From NCBI RefSeq assembly GCF_963518105.1, contig NZ_CAUQID010000005.1: DNA of 64,000 nucleotides; one strand, given 5' to 3'. Shown here in pieces: positions 30,316 through 39,979 of this stretch. A program made the position numbers and the translations under genes. How positions within the stretch are numbered: position 1 is the first letter of the stretch; the number at the start of each line of letters is the position of its first letter. This DNA is from an uncultured Selenomonas sp. Its GTDB lineage: Bacteria; Bacillota; Negativicutes; Selenomonadales; Selenomonadaceae. The notes below the pieces were generated by a model. That model worked only from the letters and a program-made list of their open reading frames with translations, did no database searches and was not told where the DNA came from.

Positions 30316-30778
30316 TTGCCTTCAGAGGCCATTTATGCTATGATAAACACAGAAAGAGATATCTCTCCTACGATCGTGAGTGAAAGAAAGGAGAATGTCT
30401 ATTGACCCAAAATCTAACAGCGCAGTGGCACAGACTCCTTGCGAAATGCATCTTTGAAGAGTGATTGAGTCTCCGTCTGCGAGTACTCCTGCGGCATCGT
30501 ATCGCAAGAGCCGGTCACAGCGCCGCCGCAGCCCGAAGTGCGGGTGCGCGGCATGGCAACATCTGTACGATTCGATAGACGAAAACCAAGCGCGCAAATT
30601 GGATGATACCAGAGATCTCCAAAACGGTTTCAGCTGAACGTACAATATATGCTCGCACATCTGCTGCGGCAGTCCGCGCGAGACAGCCATACAACTGAAT
30701 AAGGACGTGTTCAATCTTTATGATCAAAGTGATTTAGCCGGCGGCTTGCTCGAAACAGAGCGCCGCCGGTCTTTTATT
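30316..30778 (+). ncRNA. Candidate stand-alone non-coding transcription unit (promoter to intrinsic terminator, about 425 nt, no ORF of 60 aa or more)
   Basis: TTGCCT, 17-nt spacer, TATGAT at 30316-30344. A plus-oriented terminator follows: ccggcggc (30738-30745) pairs with gccgccgg (30762-30769), then TCTTTTATT. The unit is antiparallel to both flanking genes. Confidence 0.3.
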
Positions 30779-30828
30779 GGAGAAACACAGATAACAGGAA
30801 AGGCCATCAGACTTTCTTTGGATGCATA

Positions 30829-31881
30829 TCAGACCCATACGACACGGCCCCCACTCGCCTTGCGCATGCGGTTCATGACAGCTAGACCGAGCCCCGTCTC
30901 GACCATTCCCTCGGCGAACAGAGATGTGACCTCAGTATCGTCGAAATGGCGGAGCGCATCATAGAGACAGCTCGCGCGTCCCGCATCATCGCTGCGCCGC
31001 CCGCAGTCATAGATACGCGCAGACGAAACGAGATCAGAAAGCGCCGCGAGAGTCTCGCGGCAGGCAATGACGGCAGGCACACCTCCTGCCTCTATGCACC
31101 GCTGATATGCTTCCCTCAGCGCAGCCGCAACAGCACACCCCGTCCCCGCATAGACCGTAAGCGGTGCGCGCGGTGCATAGTGTGTGTACTTCATCCCGGG
31201 GGCGCGCGGCACGGCATCTACCGCCGTGAGTGCAGCATCCAGACGCACCTCTACCCCAGGCAGCTCCGCCGCAATCATCTCAGGGGTCACCGCACCGGGA
31301 CGCAGGATGGTGACACGTCCCTCTGCCGTACAGTCCGCGATGGTGGACTCAATCCCCCACACACAGGCGCCGCCATCGAGAATGAGCGGAATACGTCCCG
31401 CCAGATCCGCTTCGACCATCGCTGCCGTCGTTGGGCTCGGGCGCCCCGAGGTATTGGCGGACGGCGCAGCGATCGGCACACCTGCCGCACGGATGAGACA
31501 GCGCGCGATATCACTCGCGGGGCAGCGCACACCAACAGTAGCAAGACCGCCCGTCACGATATCGGGGATGTGATGTGCCTTTGGCAAAACGACGGTGAGC
31601 GGGCCGGGAGCAAATGCCGCGAGCAGATGCGCCGCCGCCGCAGGCATCCCACATGTGAGTGTCTGCGCCATCGCAAGATCGGCAGCATGCAGGATCAGCG
31701 GATTGTCGGATGGTCTCCCCTTTGCCTCGTAGATACGCGCGCACGCCGCTGCGTCGAGACCGTTCGCACCAAGGCCATAGACCGTCTCAGTCGGAAAAGC
31801 AACCAGTTCGCCGCGCCGAATGAGCTGTGCAGCACGCTCGAAATCTGCGTGCGCAGCCGGACGAAGAATTTCCGTATCCAT
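30829..31881 (-). CDS. tsaC: L-threonylcarbamoyladenylate synthase (Sua5/TsaC, long form with Sua5 domain)
   Basis: ORF-track entry trimmed to ATG 31881 (AAGGAGG SD; MDTEILRP...). Motifs: VAFPTETVYGLGAN, KGRPSDNPLILH. Confidence 0.92.
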   Translation of the reverse strand: MDTEILRPAAHADFERAAQLIRRGELVAFPTETVYGLGANGLDAAACARIYEAKGRPSDNPLILHAADLAMAQTLTCGMPAAAAHLLAAFAPGPLTVVLPKAHHIPDIVTGGLATVGVRCPASDIARCLIRAAGVPIAAPSANTSGRPSPTTAAMVEADLAGRIPLILDGGACVWGIESTIADCTAEGRVTILRPGAVTPEMIAAELPGVEVRLDAALTAVDAVPRAPGMKYTHYAPRAPLTVYAGTGCAVAAALREAYQRCIEAGGVPAVIACRETLAALSDLVSSARIYDCGRRSDDAGRASCLYDALRHFDDTEVTSLFAEGMVETGLGLAVMNRMRKASGGRVVWV

Positions 31882-31891
31882 ACCGTCCTCC

Positions 31892-32776
31892 TTACGCCGT
31901 ATACCCCGCCACCACGCGCTCGATACCGCCGAGATCTCGATGGATCTCCGTGCGCACAATGCGCGGGTGCGCCGCCGCGAGTGCCGCGACCGCTGCCGCC
32001 TCGCCGATGCCCACCTCAACGGCGAGCATCCCGCCCGCTCGCAGGAGCACGGGCCCATCCTGCATGATGCGCCGGTAGAAGTCCAGTCCGTCGCGCCCGC
32101 CATCAAGCGCCAGATGCGGCTCGTAGGCACGCACCTCCGGCATCAGCTCCGCGATATCCGCTGATGGGATATAGGGCGGATTCGAGAGAATCGCATCGTA
32201 GGTCTCTCCCATGAGCGGAGCAAGCAGATCCCCCTCATGCACTGCAATACGTGCGGTAAGATTCAGCCGCTTTGCATTCTCCCGCGCAACCGCTGCTGCT
32301 CCAGGCGAAATGTCAACCGCATCCGCGCGTGTCTCCGCGGTATGATGCAGCACAGAAAGTGCGACGGCCCCTGTCCCCGTACCGATATCGGCAAGGCGCA
32401 GCGCCGCCCCGCTCTCCGCCCGGCGCGCACGCAGGAAATCCACAGCGCACTGGACGAGCAGCTCCGTATCGGGGCGGGGAATGAGCGTGTCGCGCGTCAC
32501 GCAGAACTCCAGCCCCATAAATTCCCGCCGTCCGAGCACATAGGCGAGCGGTGTATGCGCTCCGCGCTCCTTTACATGGGCGCGGTAGCGCGCCAGCTCC
32601 GCAGGCTCGAGCGGCTCATCAAAATGCACATAGAGATACATCCGATCCCTGCCGAGTACCGCGGCGAGCAGTACCTCCGCATCCAGACGCGGTGTCTCAA
32701 TGCCGCGCTGTGCAAAGAAGTCCGCTGTCCATACGAGCAGACGCCGGATACTCCAGACCTCATGCTCCGCCATCAC
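31892..32776 (-). CDS. prmC: Peptide chain release factor N5-glutamine methyltransferase
   Basis: 294 aa with SAM motif DIGTGTGA and catalytic NPPY. Overlaps the prfA stop. Confidence 0.93.
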   Translation of the reverse strand: MMAEHEVWSIRRLLVWTADFFAQRGIETPRLDAEVLLAAVLGRDRMYLYVHFDEPLEPAELARYRAHVKERGAHTPLAYVLGRREFMGLEFCVTRDTLIPRPDTELLVQCAVDFLRARRAESGAALRLADIGTGTGAVALSVLHHTAETRADAVDISPGAAAVARENAKRLNLTARIAVHEGDLLAPLMGETYDAILSNPPYIPSADIAELMPEVRAYEPHLALDGGRDGLDFYRRIMQDGPVLLRAGGMLAVEVGIGEAAAVAALAAAHPRIVRTEIHRDLGGIERVVAGYTA

Positions 32777-33837
32777 TGCACCTGTTTCAGACGCTGTGCC
32801 TGATCCGCCGTAATCAGTCCCGCGAGCACCTCATCCAGCTCCCCGTCCAGTACGGCATCGATCTTGTAGAGCGTCAACCCGATGCGGTGGTCAGTCACAC
32901 GACCCTGCGGGAAATTATAGGTACGGATGCGCTCGCTGCGATCACCCGATCCGACTTGGCTGCGGCGATCAGCAGCAACGGCATCCGCCTGCTCCTGCTG
33001 CGCACGATCATAAAGACGCGCCCGCAGCACCTTCATCGCCTTCTCGCGGTTCTTAAGCTGGGATTTTTCATCCTGACACTGCACGACGATGCCCGTCGGA
33101 ATGTGTGTGATGCGGATGGCAGTCTCCGTGCGGTTGACATACTGTCCACCTGCACCGGATGCACAGTAGGTATCGATGCGCAGATCGTTCGCATCGACCG
33201 AGACTTCGACCTCCTCTGCCTCCGGCAGAACGGCGACCGTCACCGCCGACGTATGAATGCGGCCTCCCGACTCCGTGACGGGAATCCGCTGCACACGATG
33301 CGTGCCGCTCTCGTATTTCAGGCGGCTGTATGCGCCGGCACCATTTACGAGAAACGAGATCTCCTTGAACCCGCCGATCTCCGTCGGATTGCTGCTGAGA
33401 ATCTCCGTCCTCCACCCCTGACGCTCGGCATAGCGCGCGTACATACGAAATAGGCGCGCAGCAAAGAGCGCTGCCTCCTCCCCACCGACACCGCCGCGGA
33501 TCTCAACGATGACGTTCTTATCATCGTTCGGATCGCGCGGCAGCAGCAGCACAGGCAGCTCGGCGGCGAGCCGATCGCGCGTCTCCTCGGCCTCCTTGAT
33601 CTCCTCTGCGAGCATCTCCTTCATCTCGGCATCCGCTTCATGGAGCATTTCCTTGTCCTCAGCGATGGTCGCGCATGCCTGCTGATAGGCAGCGTACGCC
33701 TCCACAATCGGAGTGAGCGCTGCATGCTCACGCGTATAGCGCTGCCACTGCACCATATCTGCCATCACGGAGGGATCACTCAGCAGCGCCTCCAGCTCGC
33801 GGTACTTGTCAACAACCGCATTCAGTTTGCTTAACAT
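32773..33837 (-). CDS. prfA: Peptide chain release factor 1
   Basis: 354 aa with a PxT-type recognition region and the GGQ motif ([14 protein letters not shown]). Confidence 0.97.
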   Translation of the reverse strand: MLSKLNAVVDKYRELEALLSDPSVMADMVQWQRYTREHAALTPIVEAYAAYQQACATIAEDKEMLHEADAEMKEMLAEEIKEAEETRDRLAAELPVLLLPRDPNDDKNVIVEIRGGVGGEEAALFAARLFRMYARYAERQGWRTEILSSNPTEIGGFKEISFLVNGAGAYSRLKYESGTHRVQRIPVTESGGRIHTSAVTVAVLPEAEEVEVSVDANDLRIDTYCASGAGGQYVNRTETAIRITHIPTGIVVQCQDEKSQLKNREKAMKVLRARLYDRAQQEQADAVAADRRSQVGSGDRSERIRTYNFPQGRVTDHRIGLTLYKIDAVLDGELDEVLAGLITADQAQRLKQVQ

Positions 33838-34757
33838 GCCGGCTCCTTTCGATAGCTGCCGCTGCCGACAGGGATCTCCTCAGGCGGCAGCACCGCCTTG
33901 AGAGACTCAATCGCGACCTCCACCATCTCATCCGCGGGCGGGCGCGTCGTAAGGTACTGCAGCCACAGCCCAGGGGTGATGAGGATGCGCACGAGGCGGC
34001 TCTCGCTGCGCCCCGCGAAGCGAATGATCTCATAGGAGACCCCCGCGACCACGGGCAGCACCGCAAGACGGCTCAGAATCCGCAGCCAAAGATCCGGCCA
34101 GCCGAAGAACACATGAAAGACAATGGCGACGACCATGACAATGAGGAGAAAGTTCGTCCCGCAGCGCGGATGCAGACGCGGGAAGCGCTGCACGTTCTCA
34201 ACTGTCAGTGCCTCGCCCGCCTCGTAGCAGTGAATCGTTTTGTGTTCCGCACCGTGATACTGGAACACGCGGCGGATGCCGGACATAAACGAGATGCCCC
34301 AGATGTAGAGGAGAAACACAGTGAGGCGGATACCGCCCTCGATGAGGTTGAACACAACGGGATTATCTGTGTAAGCCGCAGCCAGATGCGCCGCCCCCGT
34401 CGGAATGACAATAAAGAGCACGCTCGCGAGGACGAGCGCAAAGAGGATCGTCATGACGAGCTCCTTCTTCGTCATCTGCTCGTCCTCCTCCCCCGCCGCC
34501 TGTGCGGAGAACGAGAGGGCACGCATGCCGATGACGAGGGACTCCACCATGATGACAGAGCCGCGGATGAGCGGCAGGTTGAGTACGGGATAACGGTCGC
34601 GGATGGATGTGACCGCGTGCGTCTCCACTGCAATCTCCCCGCCGGGCAAACGGACAGCCGTCGCGGTGCGTGCTGCGTCGCGCATCATTACGCCCTCAAT
34701 GACTGCCTGCCCGCCGACCGCGAGGTCTGTGATTTTCTTTGGCATAGTTTCCTTCAT
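33831..34757 (-). CDS. DUF1385 (YqhQ-like) membrane protein
   Basis: [13 protein letters not shown]-terminal motif, HGAEHK motif, several TM helices. Conserved position upstream of prfA. Alternative ATG at 34745. Confidence 0.85.
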   Translation of the reverse strand: MKETMPKKITDLAVGGQAVIEGVMMRDAARTATAVRLPGGEIAVETHAVTSIRDRYPVLNLPLIRGSVIMVESLVIGMRALSFSAQAAGEEDEQMTKKELVMTILFALVLASVLFIVIPTGAAHLAAAYTDNPVVFNLIEGGIRLTVFLLYIWGISFMSGIRRVFQYHGAEHKTIHCYEAGEALTVENVQRFPRLHPRCGTNFLLIVMVVAIVFHVFFGWPDLWLRILSRLAVLPVVAGVSYEIIRFAGRSESRLVRILITPGLWLQYLTTRPPADEMVEVAIESLKAVLPPEEIPVGSGSYRKEPAC

Positions 34758-34853
34758 TCCTATATTAAAAAGGAACTATCGCACGATCTCTCGTGCAATA
34801 GCTCCTCCCTGTTGCCGTGCAGAGAACAGGCAAGGCGCACCTCACCGATTCTG

Positions 34854-35054
34854 CTATTTCTTTGCGTAGCGCTTCTGGAACTTCTCGATACGGCCGCCCG
34901 CCTGAACGTCGCGCTGACGTCCCGTGAAGAACGGATGGCACTTCGAGCACACGTCGATGCGCAGATCCTCCTTCGTCGAGCCGGTCTTGAACGTATGACC
35001 GCAGCCGCACGTCACCGTTGCCTCGAAGAACTCGGGATGGATTCCCTCTTTCAT
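34854..35054 (-). CDS. rpmE: 50S ribosomal protein L31 (zinc-binding type A)
   Basis: Start set at ATG 35054 (MKEGIHPEF...), 66 aa, with CxC...CxxC motifs. Confidence 0.95.
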   Translation of the reverse strand: MKEGIHPEFFEATVTCGCGHTFKTGSTKEDLRIDVCSKCHPFFTGRQRDVQAGGRIEKFQKRYAKK

Positions 35055-35172
35055 TTCGTTACACCTCGTTTCTTTTGCCGGATACAAGCGCACTCGTGCG
35101 CGCTTGGTTGAACTCGGCTGTCTCGCCGAGAACGAGTTAGGTAAACAAACGCCCTGCGTTCATTACCGCAGT

Positions 35173-35201
35173 AGTATAGCATAATTCAGTGCACTGTGCA
35201 A
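35173..35201 (-). promoter_or_regulatory. Sigma-70 promoter of rpmE
   Basis: Minus strand: TTGCAC, 17-nt spacer, TATACT. It is followed by a leader of about 115 nt with three hairpins. Confidence 0.55.
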
Positions 35202-35205
35202 GTAT

Positions 35206-36489
35206 TTACTCCAGCTTGCTGAGGATGATGCGTGCCACGCGCGTGCCAAAGAAGAAATTCCAAATCCACTTCACCGAGACAGTGAAGTCCGAATACTTAC
35301 CTGCGAGGCGGATGAGATGGACAAACATCCACGCGAACCACGCAAAGAAGCCGCTCGCTTTGAGGTTGAACCCGAGCACGGGCATCGGTCCATTCATCAC
35401 CGCCTCTCCCCTGCCGATGGTCGCCATTGCACCGAGATCGCGATAGACAAATTTGCCGAGCTGCTCCGGCGCCCTGCCCGCAATCAGCATCATGATATTC
35501 TGTTTGACCTGGATCGCCTCCTGCGTCGCCACAGGTGCGACTGTCGGGAGCGGGCGCTCCGTCCCGTGCTGGAAGTTCGCGCAGTCGCCGATGGCAAAGA
35601 TGCGGTCGCTGCCCCGAACGAGCAGGTTTTCCTCGACGATGATGCGCCCGCTGCGGTCGACCTCGCCGCCGCAGTCCTTGAGGAAGCCCTGCGCGCGCAC
35701 GCCCGCTGCCCAGATGACCGTCTTCGTTGGGATGACCTCGCCGCCCTTGAGCGTCAGATCGTTGCCGTCGTAGTCCGTCACCGCCGTATTGAGACGCACA
35801 TCCACGCCTTTCTTTCGGAGAACGTCAATCGTATGCTGTTGGAGATCGGGCGGCACCATCGGCAGGACAGAGTCCATCGCCTCGAGCAGAGTCACCTGCA
35901 CCTCTCTGAAATCAAGTGAATGGAACTCCTTCTTAAAGATATCGAAGAGCTCCACCATCGCGCCCGCCATCTCGATACCCGTTGCACCACCACCGACGAC
36001 AACGAAATTGAGATGCCGGCGGCGCTCGTCCGTCTGCTCCGGCGCAGTCTTCTTCGAGGCACGCTCGAACTCGTGCACAATATGACTGCGCAGAGCGATC
36101 GCCTCCTGCAGCGTCTTCATTGCATAGGAGTTGCGCTCCACGCTCTCGTTGCCGAAGAAGTTCGTCGTTCCGCCCGCTGCAAGTACAAGATAATCGTAGG
36201 ATATTTCTCCGTGATCCGTCAGCAGGACGCGGCGCGCCTGATCGACTCCCTTCGCCTTGCCGAGGAAGAACTCCACATTCTTGTTGTTCTTGAAAAATTC
36301 ACGCGTCGGATAGGCAATCTCCGCGGGAGAGAGCACCGCCGTTGTCACCTGATAAAGAAGCGGCTGGAACAGATGATAGTTATGACGATCCACGAGCGTG
36401 ATGCGTACATTCTCTTTGGCAAGCTCCTTCGCTAACCGCACGCCGCCAAACCCAGCACCAACAATAATAATATGTTTGCGATCTGCCAT
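35206..36489 (-). CDS. ndh: Type II NADH dehydrogenase (NDH-2)
   Basis: Start set at ATG 36489. Motifs IIIVGAGFGGV, NYHLFQPLLYQV, and a second dinucleotide fold VVVGGGATGIE. Confidence 0.92.
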   Translation of the reverse strand: MADRKHIIIVGAGFGGVRLAKELAKENVRITLVDRHNYHLFQPLLYQVTTAVLSPAEIAYPTREFFKNNKNVEFFLGKAKGVDQARRVLLTDHGEISYDYLVLAAGGTTNFFGNESVERNSYAMKTLQEAIALRSHIVHEFERASKKTAPEQTDERRRHLNFVVVGGGATGIEMAGAMVELFDIFKKEFHSLDFREVQVTLLEAMDSVLPMVPPDLQQHTIDVLRKKGVDVRLNTAVTDYDGNDLTLKGGEVIPTKTVIWAAGVRAQGFLKDCGGEVDRSGRIIVEENLLVRGSDRIFAIGDCANFQHGTERPLPTVAPVATQEAIQVKQNIMMLIAGRAPEQLGKFVYRDLGAMATIGRGEAVMNGPMPVLGFNLKASGFFAWFAWMFVHLIRLAGKYSDFTVSVKWIWNFFFGTRVARIILSKLE

Positions 36490-36521
36490 AATAAACTCCA
36501 CTCCTTATCCCACTGTTCCAA

Positions 36522-36539
36522 TAGTGAAAAAAATCACAT
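36522..36539 (-). promoter_or_regulatory. Possible Rex operator in the ndh leader
   Basis: The minus strand reads ATGTGATTTTTTTCACTA. This matches 11 of 14 specified positions of TTGTGAA-N4-TTCACAA. Confidence 0.35.
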
Positions 36540-36604
36540 AGTTGGCTAAAATCCAACATAGGAGAAATCTATGACCCACGTCCCTTTTCGAACGGCATGG
36601 TTAC

Positions 36605-36632
36605 ATCATATCATGTTTCGCGGGAAATTCAA
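36605..36632 (-). promoter_or_regulatory. Sigma-70 promoter of ndh
   Basis: Minus strand: TTGAAT, 16-nt spacer, TGaTATGAT (extended -10). Confidence 0.5.
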
Positions 36633-36685
36633 CAGATTATTTTCTATGATGATGTTGAGAAAACCTATAAAATCCCCGCCTGCAC

Positions 36686-38044
36686 CTACCGCTGCACCGC
36701 ACAGCGCATACGTGCCTCAATGACACGCAGACGGATCATGAGGAGCAGCGCGCCGGCGACGATGCCGCCATTCAGCCCCGCCCAGTAGCCGTATGGGCCG
36801 AGGTCTGTCCACATAGCAAGCGCATAGCCGCTCGGCAGACCAATTCCCCAGAACGAGAGCACAGCGAGCCAGAACGTGACGGTAACATCCTTGTACCCGC
36901 GCAGCGCTCCCTGCAGCGGCGCATTCACACAGTCGCAGAACTGCATGACGAGAGCATAGAGCAGGAAGACACGCAGGAGCTCCTGCACCTCTGGGTTCGT
37001 CGTGTAGAATGCGGCGACCGTGTCGCGCATCACCGCGAGTGCGAGCGCAATCACACCGACGAAGAGAAGCGTCAACACACGGCTGAGGCGGATATAAGCG
37101 CGTGCGCCGTTTGCGCGCCCGCCGCCGACCTCGAATCCGACGAGAATGGTGATTGCCATAGAGACAGAGAGCGGCAGCATATAGACGATGGTCGTGAAAT
37201 TCATCGCTGCCTGATGTGCGGCGAGCACCGTCGTTCCATAGGTCGCCATGAGCAGTCCGACCGCTCCGAAGATACTCTGCTCGCAGAAGATCGTCAGCCC
37301 GATGGGCACACAGATCTTGAGCAGCGCGCACCAACTGCCGAGCAGGGGCTTCGGCAGACGGGCGAACACATGATAGCGGGCAAACTGGCGGATACGCAGG
37401 ACGGCGATCGTATTCAGCACAAGGAAGACGCAGTAACTCAGCGCTGCACCGAGCCCCGCGCCTGCACCGCCCAGCGGTGCGACGCCGAGTGCACCGTACA
37501 TGAAGATATAATTGAGGACGATATTGATCGGGATTGTCGTCATCGTGATATACATGGTCAGCTGCGTCCGCCCGTGCGCATCGATGAGGTTGCGCAGGAC
37601 GGTTGCGGGTGCGACGGGGATTACCCCGAGTGCAATATAGGATAAATAGTCCATCGTAATGTGCTCGACCACAGGTTCGAGGGCGAGCGCACGCACGAGC
37701 GCCGGCACGGCGAGTGCGCCGCATACGAGCAGGAGCACGGCAAGGAGCGCCGCCCAGTAGAAACTCTGCTGAACGACGCTCCGAATCGCCCGCTGCTGCC
37801 GCGCACCGTAGTGGTTCGCAATCACAGGGGTCAGCCCCGAGATCAGTCCGACAAATGCGCCGAATACGGGGAAGAAGATGCTCGCCCCGACGGCAACACC
37901 TGCAAGATCCTCTTTGCTGATGTGTCCCGCCATGACCGTATTGAAAAAGCCAGGCGCCATAAGGGAGACCTGTGTGACGAGAATCGGGAGGAGCACGATA
38001 AAGAATTGGCGCGCGCGCGCCGGATAGCCATGAACCTCCTGCAC
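36686..38044 (-). CDS. MATE-family efflux transporter
   Basis: 12 TM helices and a typical MATE N-terminus (LLPILVTQVSLMAPGFFNTVMAGHIS). Start set at GTG 38044 (GGGAGGGAG SD) to avoid a 32-nt overlap with the amidase gene. Confidence 0.85.
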   Translation of the reverse strand: MQEVHGYPARARQFFIVLLPILVTQVSLMAPGFFNTVMAGHISKEDLAGVAVGASIFFPVFGAFVGLISGLTPVIANHYGARQQRAIRSVVQQSFYWAALLAVLLLVCGALAVPALVRALALEPVVEHITMDYLSYIALGVIPVAPATVLRNLIDAHGRTQLTMYITMTTIPINIVLNYIFMYGALGVAPLGGAGAGLGAALSYCVFLVLNTIAVLRIRQFARYHVFARLPKPLLGSWCALLKICVPIGLTIFCEQSIFGAVGLLMATYGTTVLAAHQAAMNFTTIVYMLPLSVSMAITILVGFEVGGGRANGARAYIRLSRVLTLLFVGVIALALAVMRDTVAAFYTTNPEVQELLRVFLLYALVMQFCDCVNAPLQGALRGYKDVTVTFWLAVLSFWGIGLPSGYALAMWTDLGPYGYWAGLNGGIVAGALLLMIRLRVIEARMRCAVQR

Positions 38045-38069
38045 ATTCTCCCTCCCCTCTGCGAATCTG

Positions 38070-39212
38070 TTATCCGAAATAGTCGGCGATGCCGTCGGCA
38101 ATGCCCTGTGCGATCTTTTTGATCCCCGCCTCGCTGTTCATCATCTTTTCCTCATCGGGATTCGAGATGAAGGAAATCTCCACGAGAATGGCCGGCATAT
38201 CCGTATGCTTGACCACATAGAAATTACTCGTCTGCGTCCCGCGGTCGAGCGTCCCGATGGCATCAATAAGTGCCATGCGCACACTGTCGGCGAGACGCTT
38301 GGACTGCTTCGTCCCCTTCGTATAGTAGTACGCCGTCGTCCCTTTCACCTCACGGTTCGTGAAAGCATCTGCGTGGATGGAGAGAAAGATATCTGCCTGC
38401 GCACGGTTGGCGACCGCACAGCGCGCCTCCAGCTCCTCGACTGAGGTCGCACTCGCCCCCTTCGGCGAGACCTCGGTATCTCCCGTCCGCGTAAGTACAA
38501 CAGACGCGCCCTCTGCCTCAAGCAGGCGTTTCAGCTCACGGCTGACGCGCAGGGTCACGGACTTCTCCATGATACCTGTCGGTCCGATTGCACCCGAGTC
38601 ACTGCCGCCGTGTCCGGGGTCAATGGCGATCTTCTTTCCCTTCAGCCCGATGATGGCAGAGATATCGTGCCCAACATCTCCCGTATCGCGCGTGGTATCC
38701 TCTTCCTCATCCGTGTGTGCAGGAGGGGCAGGCGGCAGAACGGGCGGCGTGCGCTCCTGCGGCGGCTTTGCGGCGGCTGGACGGGGGGTACGGCCGAAGT
38801 CCATGACGATACGCGGCTTCCCGCCGTCGAGGGCAAAGACCTTATAGCTGTCCTTCCCCGCAGAGGTCTCGACCACGATACGTACCGTCGTCTCGTCGAA
38901 CTGTGCCGCACGCACGCCGGAGACGAGTTCAGAGTCAATGCTGATGCGCTTCTTGAACGCCGGCACGATCCAGGCATTCTGCACATCTACGACAATACGT
39001 GTTGGATCGGCCAGAACGCTCTGCCGATAGACGACAGGACGATCGCTGTCAATGACGACGCGGACGTTGCCGTCCGCACGCCCGATGCGGATGCCCGTGA
39101 TCTTCGCCATATCCTTCGCACGGTCACTGAATGCAGCCTCTGCCGTGCCGGCGGCCAGCAGTCCCATCCCCCCGATGAGAAGCGCAGCCATCAGTAAAAA
39201 TATGCGGCGCAA
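38070..39212 (-). CDS. N-acetylmuramoyl-L-alanine amidase with an N-terminal AMIN domain (AmiC-like)
   Basis: ORF-track entry trimmed to TTG 39212 (GGGAGGG SD), giving a signal peptide (M)RRIFLLMAALLIGGMGLLAAG. AMIN-like beta domain, Pro-rich linker and Amidase_3 motifs (IAIDPGHGGSDSGA, FLSIHAD, LVEISFISN). Confidence 0.88.
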   Translation of the reverse strand: MRRIFLLMAALLIGGMGLLAAGTAEAAFSDRAKDMAKITGIRIGRADGNVRVVIDSDRPVVYRQSVLADPTRIVVDVQNAWIVPAFKKRISIDSELVSGVRAAQFDETTVRIVVETSAGKDSYKVFALDGGKPRIVMDFGRTPRPAAAKPPQERTPPVLPPAPPAHTDEEEDTTRDTGDVGHDISAIIGLKGKKIAIDPGHGGSDSGAIGPTGIMEKSVTLRVSRELKRLLEAEGASVVLTRTGDTEVSPKGASATSVEELEARCAVANRAQADIFLSIHADAFTNREVKGTTAYYYTKGTKQSKRLADSVRMALIDAIGTLDRGTQTSNFYVVKHTDMPAILVEISFISNPDEEKMMNSEAGIKKIAQGIADGIADYFG

Positions 39213-39260
39213 ACGTATACCCTCCCACAAAGCACTGTCACATGTCGGCAGCTGCTTCCT

Positions 39261-39299
39261 AAAAAGCCTGCGAAGCCCCCATTCAGCGGCTTCGCAGGC
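39261..39299 (-). terminator. Rho-independent terminator ending the flgB-to-motE-like operon
   Basis: The minus strand reads gcctgcgaagc...gcttcgcaggc followed by TTTTT. Confidence 0.8.
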
Positions 39300-39321
39300 G
39301 GTCTTCACCACGGTATGTCGA

Positions 39322-39930
39322 TTACTGCTGCTGCGGTTTCTCCTGCTCCGTACCGGGCACAGGTGCTTTCGCAGCGGTGCTGCGCGCATCCGCAGACTTC
39401 TTGGAAACCCCTTCATAGATGATCTGGGTAATCTGCGCGGCGCGCTCCGGCTCGAATGCCGCCATGACCTTCGCCGCATTCCCCTCATCCATACGCTGGA
39501 GGATAGCGATGCACAGATCGATGTCGAGCGACTCCATGACCTTTGCTGCATCCGCAGCCTTCATATCGTTATAGAGACGCGCGAGCTTCGTGACGCGCTT
39601 CTTCTCTGCCGTCTCGCGTTCCTTCTGCTGCTTCTCGATCTCCTCCTTCGTGATCTTCACACTCTCGGAGGCCTTCTTCGGCGCTGCCGCCTGTGCAGCA
39701 TGTGTACCATGCTGCGCACTCACATCGCCGGCGGCGGTATGCGTGGTCTCTGTCCCCTCTCCTGCAGGCGGAACAAAGTATTCGCCGATAATGGGAAGCT
39801 CATGCAGTCCATACTCCTCGTTGAGTGCCTGCGTATCAAAGAGGCGGAGGTACACGCCGAGGGCAAAGCCTCCGGCCACCAGTACGAGGAGTAAGATCAG
39901 TATGAACAGGATCTTCAATTTCTTCCGCAT
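39322..39930 (-). CDS. MotE/YlxF-like flagellar protein (MgtE-N-like domain)
   Basis: N-terminal TM helix, coiled coil, and the C-terminal motif AADAAKVMESLD...AKVMAAFEPERAAQI. Same position after fliJ as B. subtilis ylxF. Confidence 0.75.
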   Translation of the reverse strand: MRKKLKILFILILLLVLVAGGFALGVYLRLFDTQALNEEYGLHELPIIGEYFVPPAGEGTETTHTAAGDVSAQHGTHAAQAAAPKKASESVKITKEEIEKQQKERETAEKKRVTKLARLYNDMKAADAAKVMESLDIDLCIAILQRMDEGNAAKVMAAFEPERAAQITQIIYEGVSKKSADARSTAAKAPVPGTEQEKPQQQ

Positions 39931-39979
39931 GGAATTCCCTTCCCTCTTTCTCTTCCCCGGATCATTTTCATCTCAGCGC

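Noticed and set aside
30322-30714. A 130-aa minus-strand ORF (and a 70-aa ORF at 30515-30727) in the tsaC-comFC gap, considered as a possible comFA remnant or real gene.
   Set aside because: There is no SD and the composition is Cys/Arg/Ser-rich. By eye there is no helicase or other motif. The region is kept only as an unexplained non-coding or pseudogene region.
30316-30778. Tested by eye whether the gap RNA is RNase P RNA, tmRNA, a cobalamin riboswitch or a T-box.
   Set aside because: None of the hallmark motifs is present. GAGGAAAGUCC and ACAGAA (RNase P) are absent. The tRNA-like GGGG...UCCACCA ends (tmRNA) are absent. The isolated GCCACTG string lacks the rest of the B12 core. There is no T-box AGGGTGGTACCGCG, and no downstream plus-strand gene to regulate.
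34790-34853. A hairpin cctgtt...aacagg downstream of rpmE, considered as a terminator.
   Set aside because: The stem is short and imperfect and has no T-tract on the minus strand. The evidence is too weak to annotate.
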